This document shows positions 1-9,210 of a stretch of 64,000 nucleotides of DNA, piece after piece. The stretch spans positions 128,001-192,000 of the forward strand of contig CAXXIN010000014.1 in assembly GCA_963665275.2 (NCBI GenBank), read 5' to 3'. How positions within the stretch are numbered: the first letter of the stretch is position 1; every line of letters begins with the position of its first letter. This stretch comes from Negativicutes bacterium (GTDB lineage Bacteria; Bacillota; Negativicutes; UBA1444). The translations under genes and the position numbers were made by a program. Below the pieces are notes generated by a model. It saw only the letters and a program-made list of their open reading frames with translations, had not been told where the DNA came from and made no database searches.

Positions 1-1
1 T

Positions 2-1357
2 CTCAGAGATGGCATGACCATTTCGTTTCACCATCATTTCCGCAATGGCGATTATGTGATGAAGATGGTCGTCGATGCGATCGCTGCCAAGGGAATTCGT
101 GACCTAACCTTATCAGCCAGTTCTCTGAGTGCAGTTCAGGATGCGATCGTTCCCCATATTGAAGCCGGCGTCATAACAGCCATCGATACGAGTGGCATTC
201 GCGGCGAAATAGGGCGGCTCGTCAGTGCAGGAAAATTGAAACAGCCGGTTATGATCCGCAGCCACGGCGGCAGGGCAAGCGCCATCGAGTCAGGCAGGCT
301 GTCGATCGACGTGGCATTCATCGGCGCCCCTACCTGTGATCGATACGGCAACATTAATGGTGTGGACGGTCCATCGGCCTGCGGCTCGTTGGGCTACGCC
401 ATGATCGATGCGGCATATGCGGCGAAAGTGGTTGCAATCACTGACAATCTGATTGCACAGCCGCTGGGGTGCATCAGTATTCCTCAAACGCAGGTTGACT
501 TTATTGTGGCGGTCGAAAAAATCGGCGACCCTGGTGGTATCGGCACCGGTGCGCTGCGAATTAGCCGCGACCCTAAAGAATTGGTGATCTCCCGCTATGC
601 GGCCCAAGTCATCGAATACTCCGGTTTGTTTAAGCCCGGATTCTCCATGCAACTGGGTAGTGGCGGAGCATCGCTGTCGGCGGCGAAGTTTCTGAAAGAA
701 AAAATGCTGGCCCGCCAGATAACGGCTTCTTTTGGCGTGGGCGGCATTACCGGAATTTTCGTCGACATGATGAAGGAGGGCCTGGTGGAACGTCTATTTG
801 ATGTGCAGGACTTCGATCTGCCATCGATCCAGTCGTTGCGAGACAACCCGCGCCATATGGAAATGTCTGCTTCCTATTACGCCAGCCCGAATACACGAGG
901 GCCCATTGTTAATCAGGTGGACGCGGTCATTCTCAGCGCCACGGAAGTCGATATAGATTTCAACGTTAATGTGCTTACAGGTTCAAGCGGAAAACTCATG
1001 GGGGCCCCAGGCGGACATCCAGATACCGCAGCCGGATCGCATTTGTCGATCGTTGTCCTGCCGCTGCTTCGTGGCAGGCTGCCGATGGTGCGCGAACGAG
1101 TCCATACAATCGTCACACCGGGAGAAACGGTAGACGTTATTGTGACAGAAAGAGGGATAGCGGTTAACCCAAGGCGTCGGGATTTAATCGACAACCTTAG
1201 TCAGTCGGGCTTGCCGCTTATGAGAATTGAAGATTTGCAACGACTCGCCTATAAAATAACCGGCACACCGGATCCGGTCCCTGCGGGCGGAGACGTGGTG
1301 GGGTTGGTTGAATATCGGGATGGAACGATCATTGATGTTATCCGACAACTAAATTAG
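2..1357 (+). CDS. citF: Citrate lyase alpha subunit (citrate CoA-transferase), 5' end outside the window
   Basis: LRDGMTISFHHHFRNGD, RSHGGR, CGSLGY and GGHPDTAAG motifs; frame open from position 2. Confidence 0.9.
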   Translation, partial: LRDGMTISFHHHFRNGDYVMKMVVDAIAAKGIRDLTLSASSLSAVQDAIVPHIEAGVITAIDTSGIRGEIGRLVSAGKLKQPVMIRSHGGRASAIESGRLSIDVAFIGAPTCDRYGNINGVDGPSACGSLGYAMIDAAYAAKVVAITDNLIAQPLGCISIPQTQVDFIVAVEKIGDPGGIGTGALRISRDPKELVISRYAAQVIEYSGLFKPGFSMQLGSGGASLSAAKFLKEKMLARQITASFGVGGITGIFVDMMKEGLVERLFDVQDFDLPSIQSLRDNPRHMEMSASYYASPNTRGPIVNQVDAVILSATEVDIDFNVNVLTGSSGKLMGAPGGHPDTAAGSHLSIVVLPLLRGRLPMVRERVHTIVTPGETVDVIVTERGIAVNPRRRDLIDNLSQSGLPLMRIEDLQRLAYKITGTPDPVPAGGDVVGLVEYRDGTIIDVIRQLN

Positions 1358-1368
1358 GGGGTAAAAAA

Positions 1369-2718
1369 ATGGGTCTGAGTGTTTGGTCCTTGATCGCATA
1401 TGTTGCCGCAATCGTAATCTGGAATGCAGTCTTCAAGAGAAACATTGGTGAAGCAATGGGCATCGGCTGGATCGTGGTGCTTTTATTTGGCGGTTCGAAG
1501 ATGCTGGATCTATTCTGGAAAAGTGTTGTTTTCTCAGCGGGACAAGAAACTATATTTGCAGCGCTGGCATTCGTTTTCATGGCCTATGTCATGGGGAAAA
1601 CCGGTTTGATCATGCGAATGGTCAACATCCTGAACTCGGCGCTCGGCAGGGTCGCAGGCGGTGCGGGTTATATCAACACGCTAACCAGTGCGCTGTTCGG
1701 GCTGATGTCAGGGTCTGGATCCGGTTGCGCAGCATCCGTCGGTTCGGTCACGATTCCCTGGATGATCAATTCCTCCTGGCCCAAAAAAATGGCTGCCATT
1801 ATGACGTCCGGTAATGCCGGACTGAGCAGTTCCCTGCCGCCCAGTTCTTCAATGTTTATTCTGCTGGGGGCCGCGGTTGTTTCAAGTCAGGTCACCACCG
1901 GCGCACTTTACCTGGCGCTGCTGACAGGCGGATTGTGGACGTTGATTTACCGGCTGCTTTTGGTGCGCTATTTTGTCTATAAATATGACGTCAAAGCATT
2001 GCCGAATGATCAGATACGGCCACTGGCAGAAACAATGCGGACTGGCTGGACTTCACTGCTGATTTTTCTGGGTATCATTATACCGCTTGGGATTACAATC
2101 GGGCCTGTCGAAAGTGCTTTATCCGCGATGAAGTCCTTTGGTCCGAGCGGGATTCGGAGTATATCGCTGATTGTTTGGATACCAATCTTCATCAGTTGGA
2201 TTGCTATAATCGAAGGATGGAAATATTTGCCCAAGACGTTCGCGGGCTGGCATGATTTCGCGAAAGGTGCGGCGCCGAAGTATGCTGTTGTCGGTGCAAC
2301 ACTGTTTTTTGCCTTTGCGGCCGGAGAAGTTATGACCCAGCTTGGATTGGGCAAGGACTTGACTGTACTTCTGAAAAGTCTCAACGCACCGCCCCTGCTG
2401 ATGATTCTCCTAGTCGGGGTCTTGATCACCTTGGTGGGAGGACCGCTGACTTCGACGGCAACGGTTGCTTCAATTGGTGCAGTTGGATTTTCCGCCCTGG
2501 TTGGTGTGGGTGTGGTTCCGGCCACAGCTGCGGCAGTCATTCTGATTTTTGCATCCACAGAAGGAGCATCGCCCCCCGGCGCCGCACCGATTTATATTTC
2601 TTGCGGCATTGCGGATGTTGATCCTGCCTCGACGTTTATACCCTTGATTCTTTACTATGTCTTGCCGATCATTGCAGTCGGAGCGCTGATTGCGCTTCGC
2701 ATATTACCTACAATATAA
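1369..2718 (+). CDS. TRAP transporter large permease (DctM-like) / IT-superfamily carboxylate permease
   Basis: 449 aa, about 11-12 hydrophobic segments, FGLMSGSGSG, ASVGSVTIP and LPPSS motifs. Confidence 0.75.
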   Translation: MGLSVWSLIAYVAAIVIWNAVFKRNIGEAMGIGWIVVLLFGGSKMLDLFWKSVVFSAGQETIFAALAFVFMAYVMGKTGLIMRMVNILNSALGRVAGGAGYINTLTSALFGLMSGSGSGCAASVGSVTIPWMINSSWPKKMAAIMTSGNAGLSSSLPPSSSMFILLGAAVVSSQVTTGALYLALLTGGLWTLIYRLLLVRYFVYKYDVKALPNDQIRPLAETMRTGWTSLLIFLGIIIPLGITIGPVESALSAMKSFGPSGIRSISLIVWIPIFISWIAIIEGWKYLPKTFAGWHDFAKGAAPKYAVVGATLFFAFAAGEVMTQLGLGKDLTVLLKSLNAPPLLMILLVGVLITLVGGPLTSTATVASIGAVGFSALVGVGVVPATAAAVILIFASTEGASPPGAAPIYISCGIADVDPASTFIPLILYYVLPIIAVGALIALRILPTI

Positions 2719-2736
2719 CGAGCGGAGGTTTGTGTG

Positions 2737-2973
2737 ATGAAGTTATTCGTGCGGGGGATTTTGGACCGGATTTTTGTCGTTGGCCTTGTTGCGTTCCTGG
2801 CACTTGGAACCGTAATTGTCATTGGACAACTCTATGGAGTCATAACTGGAAATGGTGCGCTGACCATCGGGATGGCCAAGAATTTAGGGAAGACGACGTT
2901 CTACATAGCGGCAGTCGTAGGGTTGATCGGTTATGTTCAAAGCTACTTATATGGCTGGAAATCGGGAGATTAG
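2737..2973 (+). CDS. Small two-TM membrane protein
   Basis: GGAGG RBS at 2724-2728, two hydrophobic helices, inside the operon. Confidence 0.65.
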   Translation: MKLFVRGILDRIFVVGLVAFLALGTVIVIGQLYGVITGNGALTIGMAKNLGKTTFYIAAVVGLIGYVQSYLYGWKSGD

Positions 2974-2987
2974 AGGAGGCGAAGAAC

Positions 2988-3677
2988 ATGGGAGCAGGTT
3001 TTAGAGTTTATACCAAAATAAATCGGCCCGCACAGGAATTGGTCGAGGAGTTTCGCGGCCTGCCGGCGGCAAATATCGCCGATGAAATGAACCGGTTCAG
3101 TTGCATGGATGCGCGGATCAAGCCTGTGAATGCCGTGCCGCTTTTGGGAACGGCTTTTACCGTTAAGGCCCGCATTGCAGATAATCTGTTGCTGCATAAA
3201 GCCATTGATATGGCCCAACCGGGCGATGTAATCGTGGTTGACGTGCAGGGGGATATCACGAATTCGCTGATTGGCGAAATTATGCTGCGACAGGCTGTGA
3301 AACGTAATATTGCCGGCATCATCGTAGATGGAGCTATCCGCGACATTGAGGCATTGCGCGAACTTAGCATCCCGATCTATGCAGTTGGGTGCACACCAAA
3401 GGGGCCTTATAAAGACGGACCGGGTGAGATCAACACCCCGGTATCCTGCGGCGGAGTAGTCGTTCATCCAGGAGATATTATCGTCGGAGATGCAGACGGT
3501 ATAGTGGTTATTAGCCCCAAAGATGCCACTGGAATAGTGAAGAAAGCCAAGGGAAAATATCTTGAAGAACAGGAAAAATTCAGGGCTATTGAACTAGGAA
3601 CATTGGACCGGTCGTGGGTAGACAAGGCCTTGACCGAACGCGGCTGCGAAATTATTGATAAGGCTTGGGACGATTGA
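2988..3677 (+). CDS. RraA family / HMG-aldolase-like protein
   Basis: ANIADEM, DNLLLHKAID, VDGAIRD and PGDIIVGDADG motifs; start reset to ATG 2988 after GAGGAGG. Confidence 0.85.
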   Translation: MGAGFRVYTKINRPAQELVEEFRGLPAANIADEMNRFSCMDARIKPVNAVPLLGTAFTVKARIADNLLLHKAIDMAQPGDVIVVDVQGDITNSLIGEIMLRQAVKRNIAGIIVDGAIRDIEALRELSIPIYAVGCTPKGPYKDGPGEINTPVSCGGVVVHPGDIIVGDADGIVVISPKDATGIVKKAKGKYLEEQEKFRAIELGTLDRSWVDKALTERGCEIIDKAWDD

Positions 3678-3695
3678 ATAAGTCGTTGCATGGGA

Positions 3696-3738
3696 CTGAT
3701 AAAAGCCTTCCGGCGTAACGCCGAAAGGCTTTTATCAG
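3696..3738 (+). terminator. Rho-independent terminator / REP-like hairpin
   Basis: ctgataaaagccttccggcg-taa-cgccgaaaggcttttatcag just after the stop. Confidence 0.75.
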
Positions 3739-3819
3739 GTTTTGTGCGCATACCGGCTTGAACTCCACGGCAATCGATATTATCATATGCAAGGAGAATA
3801 GTCTCGGAGGAAAGACGAT

Positions 3820-4986
3820 TTGCAAGAACAGCAGTTATGGAATGTCCGTTATATCAGAATGTGCCTGAGTAGTTTCTTTCAGTATTTAACGCATTATACT
3901 TTGATTGCCGCTTTGCCCATATATGTAGTGCAGACATTGAGCCAGAGTGAGAACCAAGCGGGGCTTACCCTGACTTTTTTTCAAATTGGCGCCGTATTGT
4001 TCAGGCCCCTTGCCGGAAAATGGATGGATGATTATGACAAAAAACGAGTGATTTTTGCTTCACTGGCGCTGTTTTGTGTCGTATGTTTTCTCTATCTTGG
4101 GGTGCAGACCATCCTCTTTTTATTTGTCCTGCGATTTTTTCATGGAGTTGGTTTTTCTACCGGGACGACGGCGACGGCAACCATGGTGGCTGTTTTTTCG
4201 CCGGCATCCCGTATGGGAGAGGGCGTCGGTAATCTGGCAGTATTTACCAGTATCGCTATGGTTATCGGCCCTTTTATCGGTTTGAAGTTAATTGCTGAGT
4301 ATTCCACTGCCCATTTGTTTGGGGCATGTGCGTTGTTTGGATTGTTGGCTTTTTTGTGCGGGAATATGAAATTAATGCCACAGCAAAACATTGTTAACCC
4401 AACGAGAACTACAGCGGCTTTTTGCTGGACAGATTTATTTGAGCAGAACGCCTTGCCAATAGCGTTCTGCGGGGGACTATTGGCTTTAGTGTATAGCAGC
4501 TTGCTTGGCTTCTTGCCGTTATATGCCCAGAGTATCGGCATGATGGGCATGGCCAGTTATTTTTTTGCCGTCTATGCGCTCGTGATTATTATTACGCGAC
4601 CCTTCATTGGTAAGGTGTTTGACCGAATGGGCGCCAAGTGGGTAGTTTATGCGTCAATATTCTTTTATTTAGTGGGGATGGTTGAGTTAAGCCAGGTTAA
4701 AAACTCCACGGAACTGTTGCTGGCAGGCGCCTTAATTGGGCTGGGCTTTGGCGGTCTGAATCCGAGCTTTCAAACGCTGGCTGTTCTAGCTGCCCCAACT
4801 CATAAAAAAGGACTGGCCACATCCACCTATTTCCTGTCGTTGGATATCGGCATAGGGGTAGGGTCGTTTGTGCTCGGCATGGTGGTGAACTTCACGAATT
4901 ACCGGACAATGTATCTGGTCTGTGCTGTTATTGCTGCCTTGATTGCATTGAGTTTCTACGGAATTAACTCAAAAAGGCGCCGATGA
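3820..4986 (+). CDS. MFS transporter
   Basis: 12-TM pattern with motif A in both halves (GKWMDDYDKKR, GKVFDRMGAK); TTG start after GGAGG. Confidence 0.9.
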   Translation: MQEQQLWNVRYIRMCLSSFFQYLTHYTLIAALPIYVVQTLSQSENQAGLTLTFFQIGAVLFRPLAGKWMDDYDKKRVIFASLALFCVVCFLYLGVQTILFLFVLRFFHGVGFSTGTTATATMVAVFSPASRMGEGVGNLAVFTSIAMVIGPFIGLKLIAEYSTAHLFGACALFGLLAFLCGNMKLMPQQNIVNPTRTTAAFCWTDLFEQNALPIAFCGGLLALVYSSLLGFLPLYAQSIGMMGMASYFFAVYALVIIITRPFIGKVFDRMGAKWVVYASIFFYLVGMVELSQVKNSTELLLAGALIGLGFGGLNPSFQTLAVLAAPTHKKGLATSTYFLSLDIGIGVGSFVLGMVVNFTNYRTMYLVCAVIAALIALSFYGINSKRRR

Positions 4987-5138
4987 AGCGCGACCGTTCC
5001 CTGATACGAACGGTTCGGATACTGTTCGGCGGATTGCCGGCATGAGCCATCGCCGCACATGAGTAATTTTCATGAACCCCAAAATGCTGGAACTCACGTT
5101 AAATACTAAATTTGTTGTTGTTGCCGCTCTTCCCATTT

Positions 5139-5167
5139 AAGCCTTTCGGTTGTCAACCGGAAGGCTT
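5139..5167 (-). repeat. Hairpin with the same arms as 3702-3730, in opposite orientation
   Basis: Reverse complement reads aagccttccggttgacaaccgaaaggctt versus aagccttccggcgtaacgccgaaaggctt. Confidence 0.6.
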
Positions 5168-5247
5168 TGTTTATTACGATAATTATTGATATGCGCGTCC
5201 GATAGGCTTACAATTAGATTGAAAATTAAAAAAATGGAGGTGTTGAT

Positions 5248-5757
5248 ATGGGTGTTTTTGATTTCGCATTGAAGATGGAGTTGGACGGGGAGCAGTACTA
5301 TAGAGAACATGCCACACAAGCCAAGTATGCGGATTTGAAAACTGTATTGATAGGACTGGCCGAAGATGAAAAGCGTCACTTCGCGATTGTTGAGTCCCTC
5401 CAAAAGCAAAAAGGCAACGCCTACATCGAGGCAGATCCTGCTGTCAGCAAACAGCGAAATGTTTTTGAACTTGCCCACAACAAAGATTTTATCCCAAAAG
5501 ACAAGGAGTCTATTGCCAAGCTTAAAGCGGAGCAGGTTGATGTTTATCGGGCGGCTCTGACCAAAGAAGAAGAAAGTATAGCGCTTTATAAAAAACTTCA
5601 GCAGACAGCCACCTCGCCCACTGAAAAAACTGTTTTGGGAAAGCTGATGCATGAAGAAGAAAAACATAAGGACGTGCTGGATAATATCATTCAGATGTTC
5701 AACCGGGTCAATGAATGGGTGGAATCACCAGAGTTTCACCACACAAAACCGTATTGA
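5248..5757 (+). CDS. Rubrerythrin/ferritin-like diiron protein
   Basis: ME..GEQYY, EDEKRH, EEESIALY and EEEKH diiron pattern. Confidence 0.85.
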   Translation: MGVFDFALKMELDGEQYYREHATQAKYADLKTVLIGLAEDEKRHFAIVESLQKQKGNAYIEADPAVSKQRNVFELAHNKDFIPKDKESIAKLKAEQVDVYRAALTKEEESIALYKKLQQTATSPTEKTVLGKLMHEEEKHKDVLDNIIQMFNRVNEWVESPEFHHTKPY

Positions 5758-5827
5758 ACGATCCACATAGGGGAACGTTTAATAAATAACGGTCTATAAG
5801 ATATTTGCGAAGAAAGGAGGAAATGCC

Positions 5828-6190
5828 ATGCCTGCAGTTCGTATCACACCTCAAGATCTGAAAGCCAAAATGGAGCAGGAAAAGTTCATCATCATTGACC
5901 TGCGGCAAACTGATGCCTATGACGACAGCCCAGAACAAATCAAAGACTCTATCAGACTGGACCCGAACGATGATGCAGCGATTCAGCGGATGATTGACAG
6001 CACCGATAAGAACGCGGCGATTGTCGGATACTGCACCTGACACGATGAATACACAAGCGCCCGTGTGGCGAATATTTTCAACAAAAATGGATTTCACAAT
6101 GTCCGGGCACTGCTGGGTGGGATGCAAGCCTGGAAGGATGCTGGCTATCCGATGGAGCCGAAAAAAATCATGACGGCTACATCCAGGTGA
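5828..6190 (+). CDS. Rhodanese-domain protein with in-frame TGA (6038-6040), probable selenoprotein, 120 aa
   Basis: Reading through TGA gives GYCT-U-HDEYTSARVANIFNKNGFHNVRALLGGMQAWKDAGYPME, which completes the rhodanese fold; next stop at 6188-6190. Confidence 0.8.
6046..6080 (+). promoter_or_regulatory. Candidate bacterial SECIS element
   Basis: Lower stem tgaata/tattttca, upper stem cgcc/ggcg, apical loop cgtgt starting 21 nt after the UGA. Confidence 0.55.
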
Positions 6191-6219
6191 TGTGTCTTTG
6201 AGTTTTGACCCATTTCGTT

Positions 6220-6254
6220 AAAGCCTTCCGACCTAGTGACACGGGAGGCTTTTT
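6220..6254 (+). terminator. Rho-independent terminator
   Basis: aaagccttccg...cgggaggcttttt, placed after the read-through stop (6190) rather than after the TGA at 6040. Confidence 0.7.
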
Positions 6255-6355
6255 CATGTGCGAAAGCGCACCTTGTTTTTTCGGCAACATCGATATAACA
6301 TGATGATTAATGCCACATTGGCAAGTTGAGAGGGGAAATAAGGCGGGATGATAAA

Positions 6356-7339
6356 ATGAAGGCTATCAATTGGGGGATTCTCGCGACAGGCACGATTGCC
6401 AGGAAGTTTGCCGGCACCCTTACACAATTGCCTGACTGTGGCAACGTGATTGCCGTTGCTTCACGGAACGCTGAAAATGCTGCTAAATTTGCGTCAGAAT
6501 ATCATATTGAACGGGCCTATGGCAGCTACAATGAATTGGCGGGTGACCCGGACGTGGATGTGGTATATGTTGCCACGCCGCATTCAGCTCATTATGAGAC
6601 CGTCAAACTTTGCCTGGAGAATGGCAAGAGCGTACTGTGCGAAAAAACCTTTACGACCAACGCAGCCCAGGCCAGAGAACTTTTTGCATTGGCCGAGGCA
6701 AAGAAGCTGTTTATTATGGAGGCTTTCTGGACGAAATTTTTGCCTGCCTATGAGCAGTTGAAGCAAGTGATCGCAGATGGCGTTATCGGCGATATAACCC
6801 ATTTTCGGGCGCAGTATGGTTTTGCCCCAACCGGGGCCAGGTATATCAGGAAATTTGATCCAAGTCTAGCAGGCGGGGCGCTGTTGGATATTGGCGTTTA
6901 TGCCATAGGCGTCGCGACCATGCTCCTGGGATATAATCCGCTGAAAGTTCATTCCAGCTGTATTATCGGCGAATACGGAACGGATAGGCTGGATAGTATC
7001 ATGCTGGAGTACGAGAAGGGCGTAACGGCGCACCTGGTGACTACAATCGGCTCGATTATGGAGCAGCACGCAATAATTTATGGAACCAAAGGACATATCA
7101 TATTGCCGGAATTCTCAGCGCTGCAGTATTTTCAAGTTGAACTGAATGACGGAACCCGGTATGCCCGTCGCACTCCGTTTGAAGTCAACGGTTTCGAATA
7201 CCAGATCAGGGAAGTGGAAAAGTGCCTGAAGTCCGAGCAACGTGAAAGCCGCATCATGACCCATCAGAATACTGTTGATGTTCTTGTATTGATGGATCAG
7301 ATGCGTTCGGACTGGGGCCTGGTGTTTCCCTGCGGCTGA
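6356..7339 (+). CDS. Gfo/Idh/MocA family oxidoreductase
   Basis: WGILATGTIA, VYVATPH, LCEK and GGALLDIGVY motifs. Confidence 0.9.
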   Translation: MKAINWGILATGTIARKFAGTLTQLPDCGNVIAVASRNAENAAKFASEYHIERAYGSYNELAGDPDVDVVYVATPHSAHYETVKLCLENGKSVLCEKTFTTNAAQARELFALAEAKKLFIMEAFWTKFLPAYEQLKQVIADGVIGDITHFRAQYGFAPTGARYIRKFDPSLAGGALLDIGVYAIGVATMLLGYNPLKVHSSCIIGEYGTDRLDSIMLEYEKGVTAHLVTTIGSIMEQHAIIYGTKGHIILPEFSALQYFQVELNDGTRYARRTPFEVNGFEYQIREVEKCLKSEQRESRIMTHQNTVDVLVLMDQMRSDWGLVFPCG

Positions 7340-7497
7340 TAAATTTTGGCTATCATATCATAGTAAAAATATATTATAAATTAATGAGCGAATATGGTAC
7401 TCTAGAATCAGATGCTTTTTTCAGACAATTGTGATTGTCTCACTCTCTGGACGGTATATAATGGTAGAGACAGAATAATCTTATAGTGAGGTGAACC

Positions 7498-9210
7498 ATG
7501 CTTTCATATGATGTGCTTATCGTAGGCTCAGGTGGAGCGGGACTGCGGGCAGCCGTAGAAGCGATGAAAAATTCGCAGCTTTCGGTGGGAGTCCTGAGCA
7601 AAATGATGCCGACCCGTTCGGCGACTTGCATGGCGGAGGGCGGAATCAACGCCGTTCTCGACTTTCCCGAGCAAAAAGACTCGCTGGAAAGCCATGCTTT
7701 TGACACCGTAAAAGGCAGTGACTATCTCGGCGACCAGGACGCGATCGATTTTTTTGTAGAAAAAGCGGCCGAAGCTGTCAAGGAAACGGATTATTGGGGG
7801 ACTCCCTACAGCCGTCGCCCCGATGGCAAGATCGCCTGCCGCATGATGGGCGGACACAGCAATCCCCGAACTAATTATTCCGCTGACAAAACCGGGCACA
7901 TCCTTTTACATTCTTGTTTCGACTATGCGATTGGCTCCGGCGTCAAATTCCTGATGGATTATCTGCTGCTTGACGTGGTGGTGGATGACGGCGTATGTAC
8001 CGGGGTGATTGTTCGGAACCTCAAGACCGGCGAGATCGAACCCATCCAGGCCAAAGCGGTGATTCTGGCCACAGGCGGATACACTCGCCTGTTCTGGCTG
8101 CGCACCAGCACTCCGTATATCGCTACCGGTGACGGCGTAGCGGCTGCCATGCGGGCCGGCGTGGCGTTCAAGGACCCGGAAATGGTGCAATTTCATCCCA
8201 CCGGCGTTTCCAATGGCGGCGCTTTGATTACCGAAGCGGCCCGCGGTGAAGGCGGGTATCTCGTAAATAAGGACAATGAGCGATTCATGTCCAAATATGC
8301 GCCGGCAAAAATGGAACTGGCCCCCCGGGATATCACAGCTCGCGGAATCGAGACGGAGATTTTGGAAGGCCGCGGCTTTGGCGAAGGACTGACTGCTCAT
8401 GTTCATCTTGATCTGCGCCATCTGGGCAAGGAAAAAATTCTGGACCGGCTGCCGCAAATTCGCCACGTAGGACTGTTGTTCGAGAATGTTGATCTAGTTG
8501 AAGCACCGATGCCGATCCGGCCGACGGCCCACTATTCCATGGGCGGAGTTGACGTAACGGACTATCGTACCATGGGTACGTTGGTTCCCGGCTTGTTCGC
8601 CGCCGGCGAGTGTTCCTGCGTATCGATCCACGGCGCCAACCGCCTGGGCGGCAACTCGCTCGCGGACGCCATGGTAACAGGCAAGGTGGCCGGAGAGGCT
8701 GCCGCGCTTTACGCCCAAAGCGCACCGACAGTGGCTCCGAGCGCCAAACTGACACAACAGGCCAAATACTGGGAAGAAAAATTTCAGGAAGCGACTTCCC
8801 GCAAAACCGGGCCCAAGGTGCCGGAGCTGCGCGACCGTCTCGCGGCCATGCTCTGGAACAAAATGGGTATCTTCCGCACCGGCGACCAGCTCCAGGAACT
8901 GAACACCGAGTTGGCAAGCTTGGCGAAGGATTATGATCAGGCGTGGGTGGGCAACACCCAGAAGGTTTACAACAGTGCTTTCACCCACTACGTCGAGGTT
9001 GGTAATCTCATCCAGCTCGCCCGCGCGGCGGCGCTGGCGGCACTGCACCGCGAAGAGTCGCGCGGGGCCCATACCCGGAAAGATTTCACCACGCGCAATG
9101 ACGAGAAGTTCCTGCAGCACAGCTTGGTGAATCTGACCAACAACCAATTCGAACTTTCATATCGCCCTGTGGTGATGGGAAAATACCAACCGGAGGTGCG
9201 AAAATACTGA
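7498..9210 (+). CDS. sdhA: Fumarate reductase/succinate dehydrogenase flavoprotein (SdhABE/Mfr type)
   Basis: GSGGAG, AEGGIN, QFHPTG, ITEAARGEGG, HYSMGG, HGANRLGGNSL and ESRGAH motifs. Confidence 0.92.
   Translation: MLSYDVLIVGSGGAGLRAAVEAMKNSQLSVGVLSKMMPTRSATCMAEGGINAVLDFPEQKDSLESHAFDTVKGSDYLGDQDAIDFFVEKAAEAVKETDYWGTPYSRRPDGKIACRMMGGHSNPRTNYSADKTGHILLHSCFDYAIGSGVKFLMDYLLLDVVVDDGVCTGVIVRNLKTGEIEPIQAKAVILATGGYTRLFWLRTSTPYIATGDGVAAAMRAGVAFKDPEMVQFHPTGVSNGGALITEAARGEGGYLVNKDNERFMSKYAPAKMELAPRDITARGIETEILEGRGFGEGLTAHVHLDLRHLGKEKILDRLPQIRHVGLLFENVDLVEAPMPIRPTAHYSMGGVDVTDYRTMGTLVPGLFAAGECSCVSIHGANRLGGNSLADAMVTGKVAGEAAALYAQSAPTVAPSAKLTQQAKYWEEKFQEATSRKTGPKVPELRDRLAAMLWNKMGIFRTGDQLQELNTELASLAKDYDQAWVGNTQKVYNSAFTHYVEVGNLIQLARAAALAALHREESRGAHTRKDFTTRNDEKFLQHSLVNLTNNQFELSYRPVVMGKYQPEVRKY

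Noticed and set aside
2730-2987. N-terminal extension of the RraA ORF
   Set aside because: It overlaps the real small membrane gene in another frame; a good RBS precedes ATG 2988
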